A stretch of DNA of 64,000 bases from a bacterium (GTDB lineage: Bacteria; Patescibacteriota; Dojkabacteria; JAKAPS01): positions 71,040 through 135,039 of the forward strand of contig JAKAPS010000001.1 of NCBI GenBank assembly GCA_021806925.1, written 5' to 3'. Shown in pieces: positions 20,809-30,944 of the stretch (positions are counted from its first letter, which is position 1; each line of letters begins with the position of its first letter). Both the position numbers and the translations under genes were made by a program. A model generated the notes under the pieces. That model saw only the letters and a program-made list of their open reading frames with translations, was not told the origin of the DNA and did no database searches.

Positions 20809-21753
20809 CTATTCCTGAACAACACTGCCATTACTTGATAATGCAAATTTATTATAGCTTGCACTACCTTTCATCGTAAGGGACTCTATCTGTCCGTTAA
20901 TTGATACTGCAAGGTTATTTGGATTTGCCGATTCAATGATAAGAAAATCATTTGATGAAAAATCATTTATACTTCCACTGCTAAGTACTCCGTTCTGAAG
21001 TATTTTTCCATCTCCTATTACTTCAACCCATGTTGCAGATGATTTATCAACAATACGCAAATTTAAATTTCCATTAGTACTTGTTGTGATATTATCTAGG
21101 GTTTCATGTAGAGTTACTTCAGTGCTTCTATTGAAATAGTTTACTGTCTTAATGTTTATTGTATTACTTACATTTGTTAAATCAAACGTGTAGTTAAAGT
21201 TTCCATTAGTATCTATATTATATATTTTTGTATTATTAATATATAAATTGTCACCAGGTGTAATTGTACCTGATATAATCAATTCTGGAGAATTAAATAC
21301 CTGGTTGTTTTGAGGAGATGAGATTGAAAGTTTAGGATTTTGTATGTATCCTTTTAATTCTGTAAAGAGAAATATAAAGAAACCAATAAAAACAAATAGA
21401 GCGAACAGCCACCAAAGAATTGAAGGGTTAAAAAATATTACAAAATTTTTTAGTCCTTCACTTCTTTTTACACTTTTCTTCTTCTTTTCACCTACTTGAG
21501 TAGCATTATGGAAATTATCATCAAAATCCCTTCTGTATATTGCAAGAATGTTTTCTGGATTTAATTTTAAGAATTTTGCATAATTCTTTATAAATCCTTT
21601 TATTATAAGCGGAGATGAGAAGGCTGAGTAATCATTATCTTCTATAGCTTCTATATACTTACTCCTTATTTTCAGGTTGTCTGAAATATAATTTATGTCA
21701 TATTTCAATCCAATTCTTTTAGCTTTTAATATTTCACCTGCTGTTCTCATCAC
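20809..21753 (-). CDS. rodZ: RodZ-like cytoskeleton/morphogenesis protein (N-terminal XRE-type HTH, single TM, C-terminal extracytoplasmic domain)
   Basis: N-terminus GEILKAKRIGLKYDINYISDNLKIRSKYIEAIEDNDYSAF is the characteristic RodZ HTH region. A TM helix follows (WWLFALFVFIGFFIFLF). It lies immediately downstream of ftsK with a 20-bp overlap. Confidence 0.65.
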   Translation of the reverse strand: MMRTAGEILKAKRIGLKYDINYISDNLKIRSKYIEAIEDNDYSAFSSPLIIKGFIKNYAKFLKLNPENILAIYRRDFDDNFHNATQVGEKKKKSVKRSEGLKNFVIFFNPSILWWLFALFVFIGFFIFLFTELKGYIQNPKLSISSPQNNQVFNSPELIISGTITPGDNLYINNTKIYNIDTNGNFNYTFDLTNVSNTINIKTVNYFNRSTEVTLHETLDNITTSTNGNLNLRIVDKSSATWVEVIGDGKILQNGVLSSGSINDFSSNDFLIIESANPNNLAVSINGQIESLTMKGSASYNKFALSSNGSVVQE

Positions 21754-24034
21754 TATTATTATTCCCGTTATTCTTTAGTTCACTCAAAAAACTCTCCGGA
21801 TCAGATACAAGTACTTTTCTCATTTTATTTCTATCAACTTCACCAAGCACATTCTTTTCCTGCATTTCATTTATTAAGCGAGCTGCTCTGTTATACCCTA
21901 TCTTTAGGACAGTTTGCAACATTGACGCTGAAGCCTTTCCCTGCTGGCAAACTAATCTCACTGCTTCTGGAAAATATTCATCTTCCCATCCAGACATTCC
22001 TCCTCCATTATTAACTCCAGTCTTGCCCTCTCCTTCACCAGTCCCAAATTCAGTTATATCTGGAACATATTCAACATCATCATTACTTTCTTTAAGGAAG
22101 AGTGTTATTCTCTCAATCTCTTTATCATCAACAAATGGAGATTGAACTCTAATAACCCTAGCCATATCAGGTAATTTTAATAGCATATCTCCTTTCCCAA
22201 GTAATGTTTCTGCACCTGTTTGATCGAGAATTACTCTTGATTCAATTTGACTCGTAACTCCCATACCAATTCTTGCTGGAATGTTTGCCTTTATAAGTCC
22301 GGTAATTACATCTACAGAAGGTCTTTGAGTTGCAAGTAATAGATGTATTCCTACAGCTCTAGACATTTGAGCAAGCCTGACAATCAGACTTTCTACCTCT
22401 TTACCTTTAGTAAACATAAGATCTGCCATTTCATCTATTATCAAACCTATATATGGTAGTTTCAGATTTGTATCTATAGAATTATAGCTTTCAATATTTC
22501 TTGCACCTGATTGCTTTAGTGTTGTATACCTGTTTACCATTTCCTGAACCAACCACTTTATAGCACTAACTACTTGATCCATATCTGTTATTACAGGTGT
22601 TAATAGATGACCAATTCCGTTATATTGAGATAATTCAACTTGCTTTGGATCTACAAGTATTAGCCTTAATTCATTAGGAGTGTGTCTCATCAACATTGAT
22701 ACTAGAAATGCATTTATTGCTGAGCTTTTTCCTGAACCTGTTGCTCCTGCAATCAATAAGTGTGGCATTTTTCTTAGATCCTTCACAATTACTCCACCTG
22801 ATATATCTCTTCCAATTGCAAGATTTATACCAGCCTTTGCAATATCAGGCGTCTCTATTATTTCCCTTATTTTGACAAGTTTTGGATTTGTGTTAGGGAT
22901 CTCAATTCCAATTAATGAGGTCCCTGGAATAGGAACCTCTATACGTATTTCACCAGGTGCGGCTAATGCAAGAGCTATATCCTTACTTAAATTTGATATC
23001 TTTTGTGCCTTTGTCCCCATTGTTATTTGAAGAGCATATTGAGTTACAGTAGGACCAACCTTTACATCTGATACCTTTGACAATATACCAAAACTTTCAA
23101 GAGTTCTTTCAATTGTTTCGCTATTTTTTCTAACGTTCTCAGTATTCTGATTAAATATAACAGGTTCATCAAGCAATGTTATTGGCGGTAACTTCCAATC
23201 ATCAAATTCTGAATCACTTAAAAGTGACTGCTTTGGGGTTAGTTTTTCAAATGAAATATTTGTTTGCACATTATCCTTAACAGGTAATTTATTTGTTCCA
23301 GAAAGATCACCTACAAATTCTAGCTGAGGAGTTGTTGCTTCCTGTCCATTTTGGAAAATATCACCTATGCTAAAGTTCTTGGGATTATCTTCTGTACTAT
23401 CATTTTTATTTCCTTTTCCATTCTTTAAATTATCCTTATTAATCTTCTCATTAGGTTTTCTGTCAAATATATTCATTGTTAAATTTGAGATATATTTACA
23501 TGCTTTAGATATAATTAAAAATAAACTACTTAATACTTTCCAAATAAAGTTAATAAAAAGCTTAATATATTTAAAGACTTTTAGAATAGGGATTGAAAAA
23601 CCAATAATGCCAAAGAAAATTGTTATACAGAAAAGTAAAAATGAGTCTAAATATCTGTTCTGTATGTATTTTATTGATTCATTACCAATATATTCACCTA
23701 TTTTTCCGGAATTACCATATAAATTACCGTTCACATTATTTAAAGCTAAAAAGCTTAATAAAAATAGAGAAAGAAAAATTATAGAGCTTCCTTTATTAAA
23801 TCTGAATGAATTACCAAACAATCTTAGAGCAGTAATAAATAGAATCATCGATGCAAATAGTAACCCTATACCAAACAACTCTTTTATCTTAAAAAAATAT
23901 GTATTCTGAATAAAGACTGATGCAAGCAAGATTAAACTTAATATAATTGTTATTGAACCAAAAACAGTTGTAGTCTCCTCACTCTTAATTGTTAATTGTT
24001 TTTTCTTTTTCTTTGCCATTTTCTTTTTACACAC
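21734..24034 (-). CDS. ftsK: DNA translocase FtsK
   Basis: N-terminal TM helices. Motor domain with Walker A LIAGATGSGKSSAIN and Walker B LIIDEMADL, plus ATQRPSVDVITG. C-terminal gamma winged-helix domain (ASASMLQTVLKIGYNRAARLINEMQ). Confidence 0.9.
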   Translation of the reverse strand: MCKKKMAKKKKKQLTIKSEETTTVFGSITIILSLILLASVFIQNTYFFKIKELFGIGLLFASMILFITALRLFGNSFRFNKGSSIIFLSLFLLSFLALNNVNGNLYGNSGKIGEYIGNESIKYIQNRYLDSFLLFCITIFFGIIGFSIPILKVFKYIKLFINFIWKVLSSLFLIISKACKYISNLTMNIFDRKPNEKINKDNLKNGKGNKNDSTEDNPKNFSIGDIFQNGQEATTPQLEFVGDLSGTNKLPVKDNVQTNISFEKLTPKQSLLSDSEFDDWKLPPITLLDEPVIFNQNTENVRKNSETIERTLESFGILSKVSDVKVGPTVTQYALQITMGTKAQKISNLSKDIALALAAPGEIRIEVPIPGTSLIGIEIPNTNPKLVKIREIIETPDIAKAGINLAIGRDISGGVIVKDLRKMPHLLIAGATGSGKSSAINAFLVSMLMRHTPNELRLILVDPKQVELSQYNGIGHLLTPVITDMDQVVSAIKWLVQEMVNRYTTLKQSGARNIESYNSIDTNLKLPYIGLIIDEMADLMFTKGKEVESLIVRLAQMSRAVGIHLLLATQRPSVDVITGLIKANIPARIGMGVTSQIESRVILDQTGAETLLGKGDMLLKLPDMARVIRVQSPFVDDKEIERITLFLKESNDDVEYVPDITEFGTGEGEGKTGVNNGGGMSGWEDEYFPEAVRLVCQQGKASASMLQTVLKIGYNRAARLINEMQEKNVLGEVDRNKMRKVLVSDPESFLSELKNNGNNNSDENSR

Positions 24035-24081
24035 ACTTTTTTTGTATGTTATTTATACATATAACTACAAAAATCTAGATA

Positions 24082-25275
24082 TCACTCAATAATAACATTT
24101 ATCTGACTTCTTCTAAATGGAAGGAATCTAAATATGCTAAACCATACTGGTGATACCTTTATATATACGTATTCAACGCCAGGAATTGATTTAATATAAC
24201 TTGATGCACTTGAAACAGAGTGCTTTACTACATTATTTTTTAAATTATTAACATCAATATTTCTTACCTTTTTTCCAGTTAGAAAAATATCATAAGCAAT
24301 AGAGTTATCTTTAGAATTATATGTTATGTTTTTTATATTATACCCAATAGAGGATATCGTAAATCCATTACCACTTGATTTTTGTAGAAATGAAGTTGCA
24401 TATGCTGTTAAATCACTCGACTTTATATATTTTTCTGTACTTGTTGTTTGAAGTGATAAATTTAATACGCTTGAGCAATCTCCTGGATTATTATCAAAGG
24501 TTTTTTGTGAATCTGTATTAACAATACTACTTGGAAACGATATATCACTTGACTGCAATCCGGCTGATAAATCTGTTTGTGCCTTTTGATACAATTGGTT
24601 CTCAAGAGATTTCAAAAGGTTGTTCTGATCTGTTTGGGTTACACTCTGACATGTTTTTGCATTTCCGCCAGTAAATGAAGATTGATTAGTTATTGTATAT
24701 GATGGAGTTGTTCCATTTTGCCCTGTTGATGAAGCACTTAAAGGTGAAGAACCTACTGCATTAAATTGACTGTTTGCAGGTATGTTACCATTCGCCCCTA
24801 TAGATTCAGCCTGAAATGTTGCATTTGTAACAACCGCACTCGATACAGACGCTGGGATTGTAACGCTTGTCGTTATTGTAAAATTTAACTGGTTTGCACT
24901 ATCAGAAAATACTGATCCAGCTGGAATAGTTATTGAATTTGGGTAGTTTAATGTAGTTATTGATACTTGCCCAGTAGCAGGACTTCCTACAGTACTTGTA
25001 CCTGTTGTATTAAGTGATGAGGATGAATTCTCATTTACTGTATATGTATATACTGGAACAGGCATATTTGTATATTGACCATTTTGAAATGTGGCAACAG
25101 AATTATCTTCAAATGAAAGACTCTTAGAATCAGTTCTAACTTCAATTTGAGCTCTTGGGAAAATATATATTGATACAAAAAGCATTAAAATTAGCACAAT
25201 AATACCTATCCCATACCAAAACTTCAATACTAATTTATTATGTTTATTCCTTTTTAAAGGTGATATTGTATTCAT
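24082..25275 (-). CDS. Hypothetical membrane-anchored extracytoplasmic S/T-rich protein
   Basis: 397 aa with an N-terminal TM anchor (FWYGIGIIVLILMLFVSIYIF) and a T/S/N-rich body. Last gene of the DUF4012 operon before ftsK. Confidence 0.5.
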   Translation of the reverse strand: MNTISPLKRNKHNKLVLKFWYGIGIIVLILMLFVSIYIFPRAQIEVRTDSKSLSFEDNSVATFQNGQYTNMPVPVYTYTVNENSSSSLNTTGTSTVGSPATGQVSITTLNYPNSITIPAGSVFSDSANQLNFTITTSVTIPASVSSAVVTNATFQAESIGANGNIPANSQFNAVGSSPLSASSTGQNGTTPSYTITNQSSFTGGNAKTCQSVTQTDQNNLLKSLENQLYQKAQTDLSAGLQSSDISFPSSIVNTDSQKTFDNNPGDCSSVLNLSLQTTSTEKYIKSSDLTAYATSFLQKSSGNGFTISSIGYNIKNITYNSKDNSIAYDIFLTGKKVRNIDVNNLKNNVVKHSVSSASSYIKSIPGVEYVYIKVSPVWFSIFRFLPFRRSQINVIIE

Positions 25276-25331
25276 AAATGAACTATTAACTATATTACTT
25301 AGAAATATACTCCCAAGGATTTTACTAAAAC

Positions 25332-26162
25332 TTAGATTTTTTTTTTACTGTATACCTCTAGGTCTTCCCCAATTATACCACTTCCACTTCCTGAGAGACT
25401 AGAAATTGTATCTATTTTACGTTCTAGTTTTTTTTTATTATTAGTATCATTATTAGATTTGTATAACGTAAGTGCATCTAAACCAAGAAATAGCTCAAAG
25501 GATCCATAATTAACACTCTTGAGCCTGGTATCTGTATATTCAGAATTTTTCTCTATACTTTCATTTAGATCCTCTAATGAATTTTTTTCAACCTCGCTTT
25601 CAATATTTAATATTTCATTTTCTGAATCTACTTCATTTGGAATGTATTCTTCAGTGTGCTTTCTATCTTCTATTACATTCTCTACAGCTTTTTCAACTTC
25701 TACATGTTCTTCTTCACGTGATTCCCTTTCATCTATTCTATTTGCATCTTCATATATATTATGACTTTCTTTATTATCATTATTTTTATTTATATTATTG
25801 CTGTTTACTGTTCCTTCACGGATATTATCAACGTAAGAATACATTTCTTTTTCATCTACCTCTTCTGTATTATCTGATAAACTATCCCAAAGTGAATTAT
25901 CAATTTCTCCAACCTTATTTTTAACCAAGAAGCCAGCATTGGTTGCAAGAATCTTCCCGAACCTATCCATACATGCAATAATGACCAATTTTTCATGCCT
26001 TGCAAGAGATGTTTTTAACAACCTAATTGAAGAAAGGGAAGATATAACCTGTGCTTTTTCAGGAATTACTAGTATTACTCTTTCTGTTTTAGCATTTAAT
26101 ATCTTTTCAACAATAAATGGAATCTCATCATCTAAATCTAAAAATATTTTTGTATTAGGCAT
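25332..26162 (-). CDS. Hypothetical protein with conserved N-terminal domain and highly acidic low-complexity C-terminus
   Basis: 276 aa. N-terminal roughly 100 aa is globular-looking. The C-terminal half is E/D/N-rich. 8-bp overlap with the upstream actin-like ATPase gene. Confidence 0.45.
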   Translation of the reverse strand: MPNTKIFLDLDDEIPFIVEKILNAKTERVILVIPEKAQVISSLSSIRLLKTSLARHEKLVIIACMDRFGKILATNAGFLVKNKVGEIDNSLWDSLSDNTEEVDEKEMYSYVDNIREGTVNSNNINKNNDNKESHNIYEDANRIDERESREEEHVEVEKAVENVIEDRKHTEEYIPNEVDSENEILNIESEVEKNSLEDLNESIEKNSEYTDTRLKSVNYGSFELFLGLDALTLYKSNNDTNNKKKLERKIDTISSLSGSGSGIIGEDLEVYSKKKI

Positions 26163-27381
26163 CTTTACCTCCTTTTAATAGTTCAAATTTATCTATATCA
26201 AGTGACATTCTTGCAAGTGATAATGGTGTAATCATATCAATACCATTGCAAAGGTTCATATTATCAACAATACCATCAATATTTTCCTGGTTTAAGAAAA
26301 CAACTTTTGGACTTCTGTTGAATGGTAAATAATCTATAAACGGATATTGTATTAATATTTCTCTTATCTCTGGTAGTTGAGAACCGCCACCACACAAAAG
26401 AATATTGGCAGGAAATAACTCTACATCTTTAAACTCTTCAAGTGCTAATCTAATACCATGAGCCCATATAGAAATATCCTTTAAAATGCTTTTTTTAACT
26501 ATGTTAGAGTATCCTCTATCTAATACACCTTTTGAGTAATCAATTTTCATTTGCTCAGCTCTTTCATAATTCAAATTCATATCCATTGCAATTCTTTTTG
26601 TAAAAACTCTACCCCCAAAAGAGAACATATGAGTATCAATCAAACACCCACCTTTAACAACAGCTACATCTGTAGTACCTCCGCCGACATCAATAATTAT
26701 AGCTTCAAAGTCTTCATTCCTACCGCCAACGACTGATCTAGCTACTGTAAATGGTTGTGCTGCAATTAATAAAGGAGATAGGCCAACTTGTTTACATACG
26801 CTCTCAATTGCACCAACTTGAACAGACGGTGCATATGTAGAATATATATTGAGTTTCATCGATTTACCAGAGAAATCAGATGGATTATCAACACGAAATC
26901 CATCAATGAATGATTCAACTAAAGAACTGGATATTAATCTTATCTGAGGTTTCTCAAGAGCTGTATATTCCTGAAATGTTTTTATAGCTTCTTCTTCTGA
27001 TGGCTTTTTTATTTTTTCATAAACTTTTTTCAACTCATCAATAGAAATCTTCTCATCAGCTTTTTCTCTGTCATAATTTGCATTAACCAACACACCTTTC
27101 ACCATTTCACCAGCAAGACCAGTAACACAGTGAATAGGAATATCACCGTTATATTTGTTTGTAGCTATACTCAAAGATGACCTTACTGACTCAACTACGC
27201 TTCTGATATTTGTTATTTGTCCGCCCTTAACGCCATTTATTCTTTGTTTGACTTTTCCTACACCAATTACCTCAACTATACTATCAGTTTTTCTATACAA
27301 TATGGATTTTACAAACTCTGTACCAATATCCAGAGCAAAATATACATTCCTTTCCCTTTTTTTAGATTTAAAAAAAAACAT
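26155..27381 (-). CDS. Actin-like ATPase, FtsA-like (cell division protein FtsA candidate)
   Basis: 408 aa. Phosphate-1 motif YFALDIGTEFVK and phosphate-2/adenosine motif IIIDVGGGTTDVAVV are characteristic of the FtsA/PilM/MreB actin fold. Length and the GGSQLPEI motif favour FtsA. Confidence 0.65.
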   Translation of the reverse strand: MFFFKSKKRERNVYFALDIGTEFVKSILYRKTDSIVEVIGVGKVKQRINGVKGGQITNIRSVVESVRSSLSIATNKYNGDIPIHCVTGLAGEMVKGVLVNANYDREKADEKISIDELKKVYEKIKKPSEEEAIKTFQEYTALEKPQIRLISSSLVESFIDGFRVDNPSDFSGKSMKLNIYSTYAPSVQVGAIESVCKQVGLSPLLIAAQPFTVARSVVGGRNEDFEAIIIDVGGGTTDVAVVKGGCLIDTHMFSFGGRVFTKRIAMDMNLNYERAEQMKIDYSKGVLDRGYSNIVKKSILKDISIWAHGIRLALEEFKDVELFPANILLCGGGSQLPEIREILIQYPFIDYLPFNRSPKVVFLNQENIDGIVDNMNLCNGIDMITPLSLARMSLDIDKFELLKGGKDA

Positions 27382-27471
27382 AAAAAATAAACATTAGTTT
27401 AACAATAAGTATTATACATGTAAAATAAAAAAAATGGTAAACTCATCAAAAGATATAAATATTTCATACGT

Positions 27472-28527
27472 TTATACTGTATCTATAAATTCTTTTAAAT
27501 TATCATTGTTAATAATTATTGGTAAATTTGCTCCTTCAAGTATCTTTCTATCTATTTTTCTTCCTATCCCTAAAAACTCTCTTTCAAGATCTCTTATACC
27601 TGCCTCATAACCAAGAGGAGAAACAATATTTGGATAAACATCATCTTCAATTTTAAAATCATTTTCAGAAATACCAGCATAGTCAATCATTTTCTTAAGA
27701 AGATATTCTTTACATATAATTATCTTTTCTTCATCAGAATATCCTGTTAATTTTATTACATCTACCCTATCAACAAGTGCAGAAGGCAACCCACCTATGT
27801 TATTAGCAGTAAGAATAAAAAATATATTTGACAGGTCAATTGGATAATCTATAAATCTATCTGTGAAAGAATAATTTTGCTCGGGATCAAGTATTTCTAT
27901 TAATGCTGAAAAGACACTGGATTTTGATTCTAAATCATTTCCAGTTTTATCAACTTCATCTAATAGTATAACTGGATTAAGAGAATGTGACTTTATTAAT
28001 GATTTTACAATTTTTCCAGGTTCTGCATCGGAATTTGCCTTACTTCTTCCAATTAACTCAAGTGAATTTGCCATCCCACCCATTGGTATCCTTATAAATT
28101 TAAGAGACAAACTTTCTGCTATTGATTTTGATATAGAAGTTTTACCGATTCCAGGCAACCCCTGAAGCAATATAACTGAGGGTGTAGCTCTAAGAGACCT
28201 GTTTTTCTTAATTTGCAGAAGAGCAATATAGTCCAGGATCTTGTTTTTAATTTCTGACATGCCATAATGGTTTTTTGAAAGTATAGATTTAACACTTTCA
28301 AAATCTGTATTCTCTTCGCTATAGCTTGAAAAAGGAAGTGATACACAAGTATATATATATTTGTATGTAGTTTCGTATTCCTTACTAAAACCGCCATATT
28401 TTATTATTCTATCTAAACTCTTTACCCTATCCAATAAGCGCTGTCTTAAATCATCTGGAACTTTTGATTCATTTATTATTTTCCTTAAGTATTCAATTTC
28501 ATTTAAAGTATCATTATCATTATTCAT
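27472..28527 (-). CDS. Lon-like AAA+ ATPase module without protease domain
   Basis: 351 aa. HYGMSEIKNKILDYIALLQIKK, then Walker A ILLQGLPGIGKTSISKSIAESL, then RIPMGGMANSLELIGRSKANSDAEPGKIVKSL and Walker B PVILLDEVDKTG, then ...YEAGIRDLEREF. Together these align closely to the Lon ATPase plus alpha-helical domain. The ORF ends before any S16 protease (Ser-Lys dyad) region. There is no Lon N-domain. Confidence 0.75.
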   Translation of the reverse strand: MNNDNDTLNEIEYLRKIINESKVPDDLRQRLLDRVKSLDRIIKYGGFSKEYETTYKYIYTCVSLPFSSYSEENTDFESVKSILSKNHYGMSEIKNKILDYIALLQIKKNRSLRATPSVILLQGLPGIGKTSISKSIAESLSLKFIRIPMGGMANSLELIGRSKANSDAEPGKIVKSLIKSHSLNPVILLDEVDKTGNDLESKSSVFSALIEILDPEQNYSFTDRFIDYPIDLSNIFFILTANNIGGLPSALVDRVDVIKLTGYSDEEKIIICKEYLLKKMIDYAGISENDFKIEDDVYPNIVSPLGYEAGIRDLEREFLGIGRKIDRKILEGANLPIIINNDNLKEFIDTV

Positions 28528-28532
28528 AAATT

Positions 28533-30395
28533 TTAAAAATTTAGTTCAGTATCTTGATATATATTTTGGCTTTGAGTCTTTCCATTAAAATCTACTGTTG
28601 TGTTTATATTAGGAATTCCTCCCTGCTTATATATATATAGCTTGTAATTACTTGTGTTTACTGTACTTGGAAGATAGTAACTTATTGTTAATGTTAAATG
28701 AGTTGCAGGTGCAGAAACATAATATTTAACAGGTACTGTAATATGTGTATCAAATACAGTATAACCTAGCTCGTTATACACTCTTTCAGTTTGACCAGCA
28801 AAATATTTATCATCCCCTGAGAATGATACAAGTTTAGATCCTAGTGGAACATAAAGCCTTATCCATTTTTTAGAAGAAATATTAAGCCACCCATCATATA
28901 CTTGTGGATTTGTAAAAGTTATAGCTACTGTTTCAAGCCAACCCTTTGATGTATGCGTAATATTGTCGTTGATACTTCTTTGTATATAGAAATCGGATTT
29001 GTTTCCAAGTACATTTGTATCAATAAATCCTAAGAAATCTGTTCCATTCGTAATGGTAGGAAAAACTCCTCCTAGGTTATATTCTACAAGCAGATTTTCA
29101 ACACTTGGATTATCTGCATACATTGAAACATTTCTCTCCTGAACACCCTTTAATCCAAGTTGAATTAATGAAATTAATTGATTACCCCTAGCTGCAAATA
29201 CTTTTGATTTTATCTCTTCAATTAGATAATTTATAAATTTTTTTCTGTTTGTAGAATTATTTATATTATCAACTTTCTCAGAATAATATTCTATTAAATA
29301 TGCTGCGTTGTTTGCATTTACCGTCACGTTATATTGTGGAACATAGACAGGTCCAGTGGCATTCAATAGAGATGTTACAAATTGAGTATTTAAATATACT
29401 ACACCATTAATTGGTGGAACCTCCCCACTTGGAATCGATCTGTACATCTCCTCTGCAACCTTTGCACTAGTTGGTACATCCGGACTGTAATTTGAATCTC
29501 TTAAGTACCAGTTAGAAACTTCTACATATTGCTTCAATTGCACTGGTGCATTTAAGTATGGCTGCTCTAATTTGTCAAGGCTATATATATCATTTGTAGA
29601 TATTTTACCTAACGCACCATTTGTAAATGTAAGATAACCATATGAAGTTATAAAGCCGCCAGTCGGTCTTAATTCTTTATCATTTTCAAGAAGTAACAAA
29701 TAGTTTTGTGTATTTCCAGACGCTCCCATTGCAGTTTGTATAACAGGAACAATTGAATTTAATTTAGGAATAAGTGTCACAAAATTACCATATATATTTT
29801 TATATGTATTAAAATCCGTTTTTATATTTATCCCTTTATATGTAATATTTGGCAGATATGCCTGATTAACATCATTTAATTCATTCTCAGCATTTGACAA
29901 ACTAGTCTGATTGTTTGTTATAGCTGTAGTAATTAGCGGCAATCCAGCAACAATAGCTTGAACCTTTGCAGGACCTAGAACAGGATTTGGTCCATATCCA
30001 AGAGCACTTGATAGAGGTTCTGCAGATGCAGCAATTTTTCCTGTAGCATTATCTATATTTATTGCCGCTGATACAATATCAGTAGCATTAAAATAGTATC
30101 CGTTTACATACGGGATGAAACTTAGAACTTTAAAATATTTAATATCTTCACTGGTTGTATTCAGATCTACTCCAAGCATATTTACTCCCTGAATAATTCC
30201 TGTGAGGGATTTTGCAGACTGTGCAGTTTTAATTTTCTCGACATCAACTTTCAATAATTTTATATTTTTCTCTAATCTCATTGCTCCATAAGCAATATAC
30301 GCACTGAAAGAAAGAAGAATAAATAAAAGAACTATAAGTGTTATTAAAAGCTTCCTATATTTAAACAAAAACAATCTGAATCTAAATCTATTCAT
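28533..30395 (-). CDS. DUF4012 domain membrane-anchored protein
   Basis: 620 aa. N-terminal TM anchor. Motif QNYLLLLENDKELRPTGGFITSYGYLTFTNG matches the DUF4012 core. Confidence 0.7.
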   Translation of the reverse strand: MNRFRFRLFLFKYRKLLITLIVLLFILLSFSAYIAYGAMRLEKNIKLLKVDVEKIKTAQSAKSLTGIIQGVNMLGVDLNTTSEDIKYFKVLSFIPYVNGYYFNATDIVSAAINIDNATGKIAASAEPLSSALGYGPNPVLGPAKVQAIVAGLPLITTAITNNQTSLSNAENELNDVNQAYLPNITYKGINIKTDFNTYKNIYGNFVTLIPKLNSIVPVIQTAMGASGNTQNYLLLLENDKELRPTGGFITSYGYLTFTNGALGKISTNDIYSLDKLEQPYLNAPVQLKQYVEVSNWYLRDSNYSPDVPTSAKVAEEMYRSIPSGEVPPINGVVYLNTQFVTSLLNATGPVYVPQYNVTVNANNAAYLIEYYSEKVDNINNSTNRKKFINYLIEEIKSKVFAARGNQLISLIQLGLKGVQERNVSMYADNPSVENLLVEYNLGGVFPTITNGTDFLGFIDTNVLGNKSDFYIQRSINDNITHTSKGWLETVAITFTNPQVYDGWLNISSKKWIRLYVPLGSKLVSFSGDDKYFAGQTERVYNELGYTVFDTHITVPVKYYVSAPATHLTLTISYYLPSTVNTSNYKLYIYKQGGIPNINTTVDFNGKTQSQNIYQDTELNF

Positions 30396-30525
30396 AACAA
30401 AACTGTGATACTCACATTATATTTGTATTTCATTAATTCTTCAAATTATAGCAAAACAAAAAACTGTAATTTGATAATATATTCACTTTACCATATCACG
30501 TAGCACCATCTATCAAGATCACTAG

Positions 30526-30942
30526 TTATATACTCCTTAAGTATTGCAAGAAATTAGCGGGTTTAGTAATAATAATATCAAATTCATTTTTAATTTTCTC
30601 TATTTTATAGTCTTTCATATTATACGTTACCAAGAAATCAGAATTTATTTCTTTCGCTGAACATACAATATGTGCATCATCTATATCAAATACGTAACTC
30701 ATAAAATTTAATTTTATATATTCTAATGAATACTTATTCTCATATACTACTACATTTTTAATAATTTTAGAGAAGTCGTTTTCTGACAAGCCTTTTCGCT
30801 TAATGACTATCCTCAATTCATTAACTGAATGGTTTGAAATATATAAGTCAAAATTAAATCTTTTATTTAACAAATAAAAGGCAGCTCCTGAGGATGAAAT
30901 CAGTGATGAAATAATAACATCTGAATCAATAAAAACTTTCAT
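30526..30942 (-). CDS. PIN-domain ribonuclease toxin (VapC-like)
   Basis: 138 aa with acidic PIN residues in FIDSDVII, DIDDAHIV and FLVTYNMKDY. Confidence 0.7.
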   Translation of the reverse strand: MKVFIDSDVIISSLISSSGAAFYLLNKRFNFDLYISNHSVNELRIVIKRKGLSENDFSKIIKNVVVYENKYSLEYIKLNFMSYVFDIDDAHIVCSAKEINSDFLVTYNMKDYKIEKIKNEFDIIITKPANFLQYLRSI

Positions 30943-30944
30943 TT

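Noticed and set aside
22680-23909. Plus-strand ORFs 22680..23030 and 23367..23909 inside ftsK
   Set aside because: They are antisense to a very well-supported ftsK motor domain. Shadow ORFs.
25332-26162. FtsZ or SepF identity for the gene downstream of the FtsA-like ATPase
   Set aside because: There is no tubulin GGGTGSG signature. The resemblance to SepF is only vague. It is left as hypothetical.
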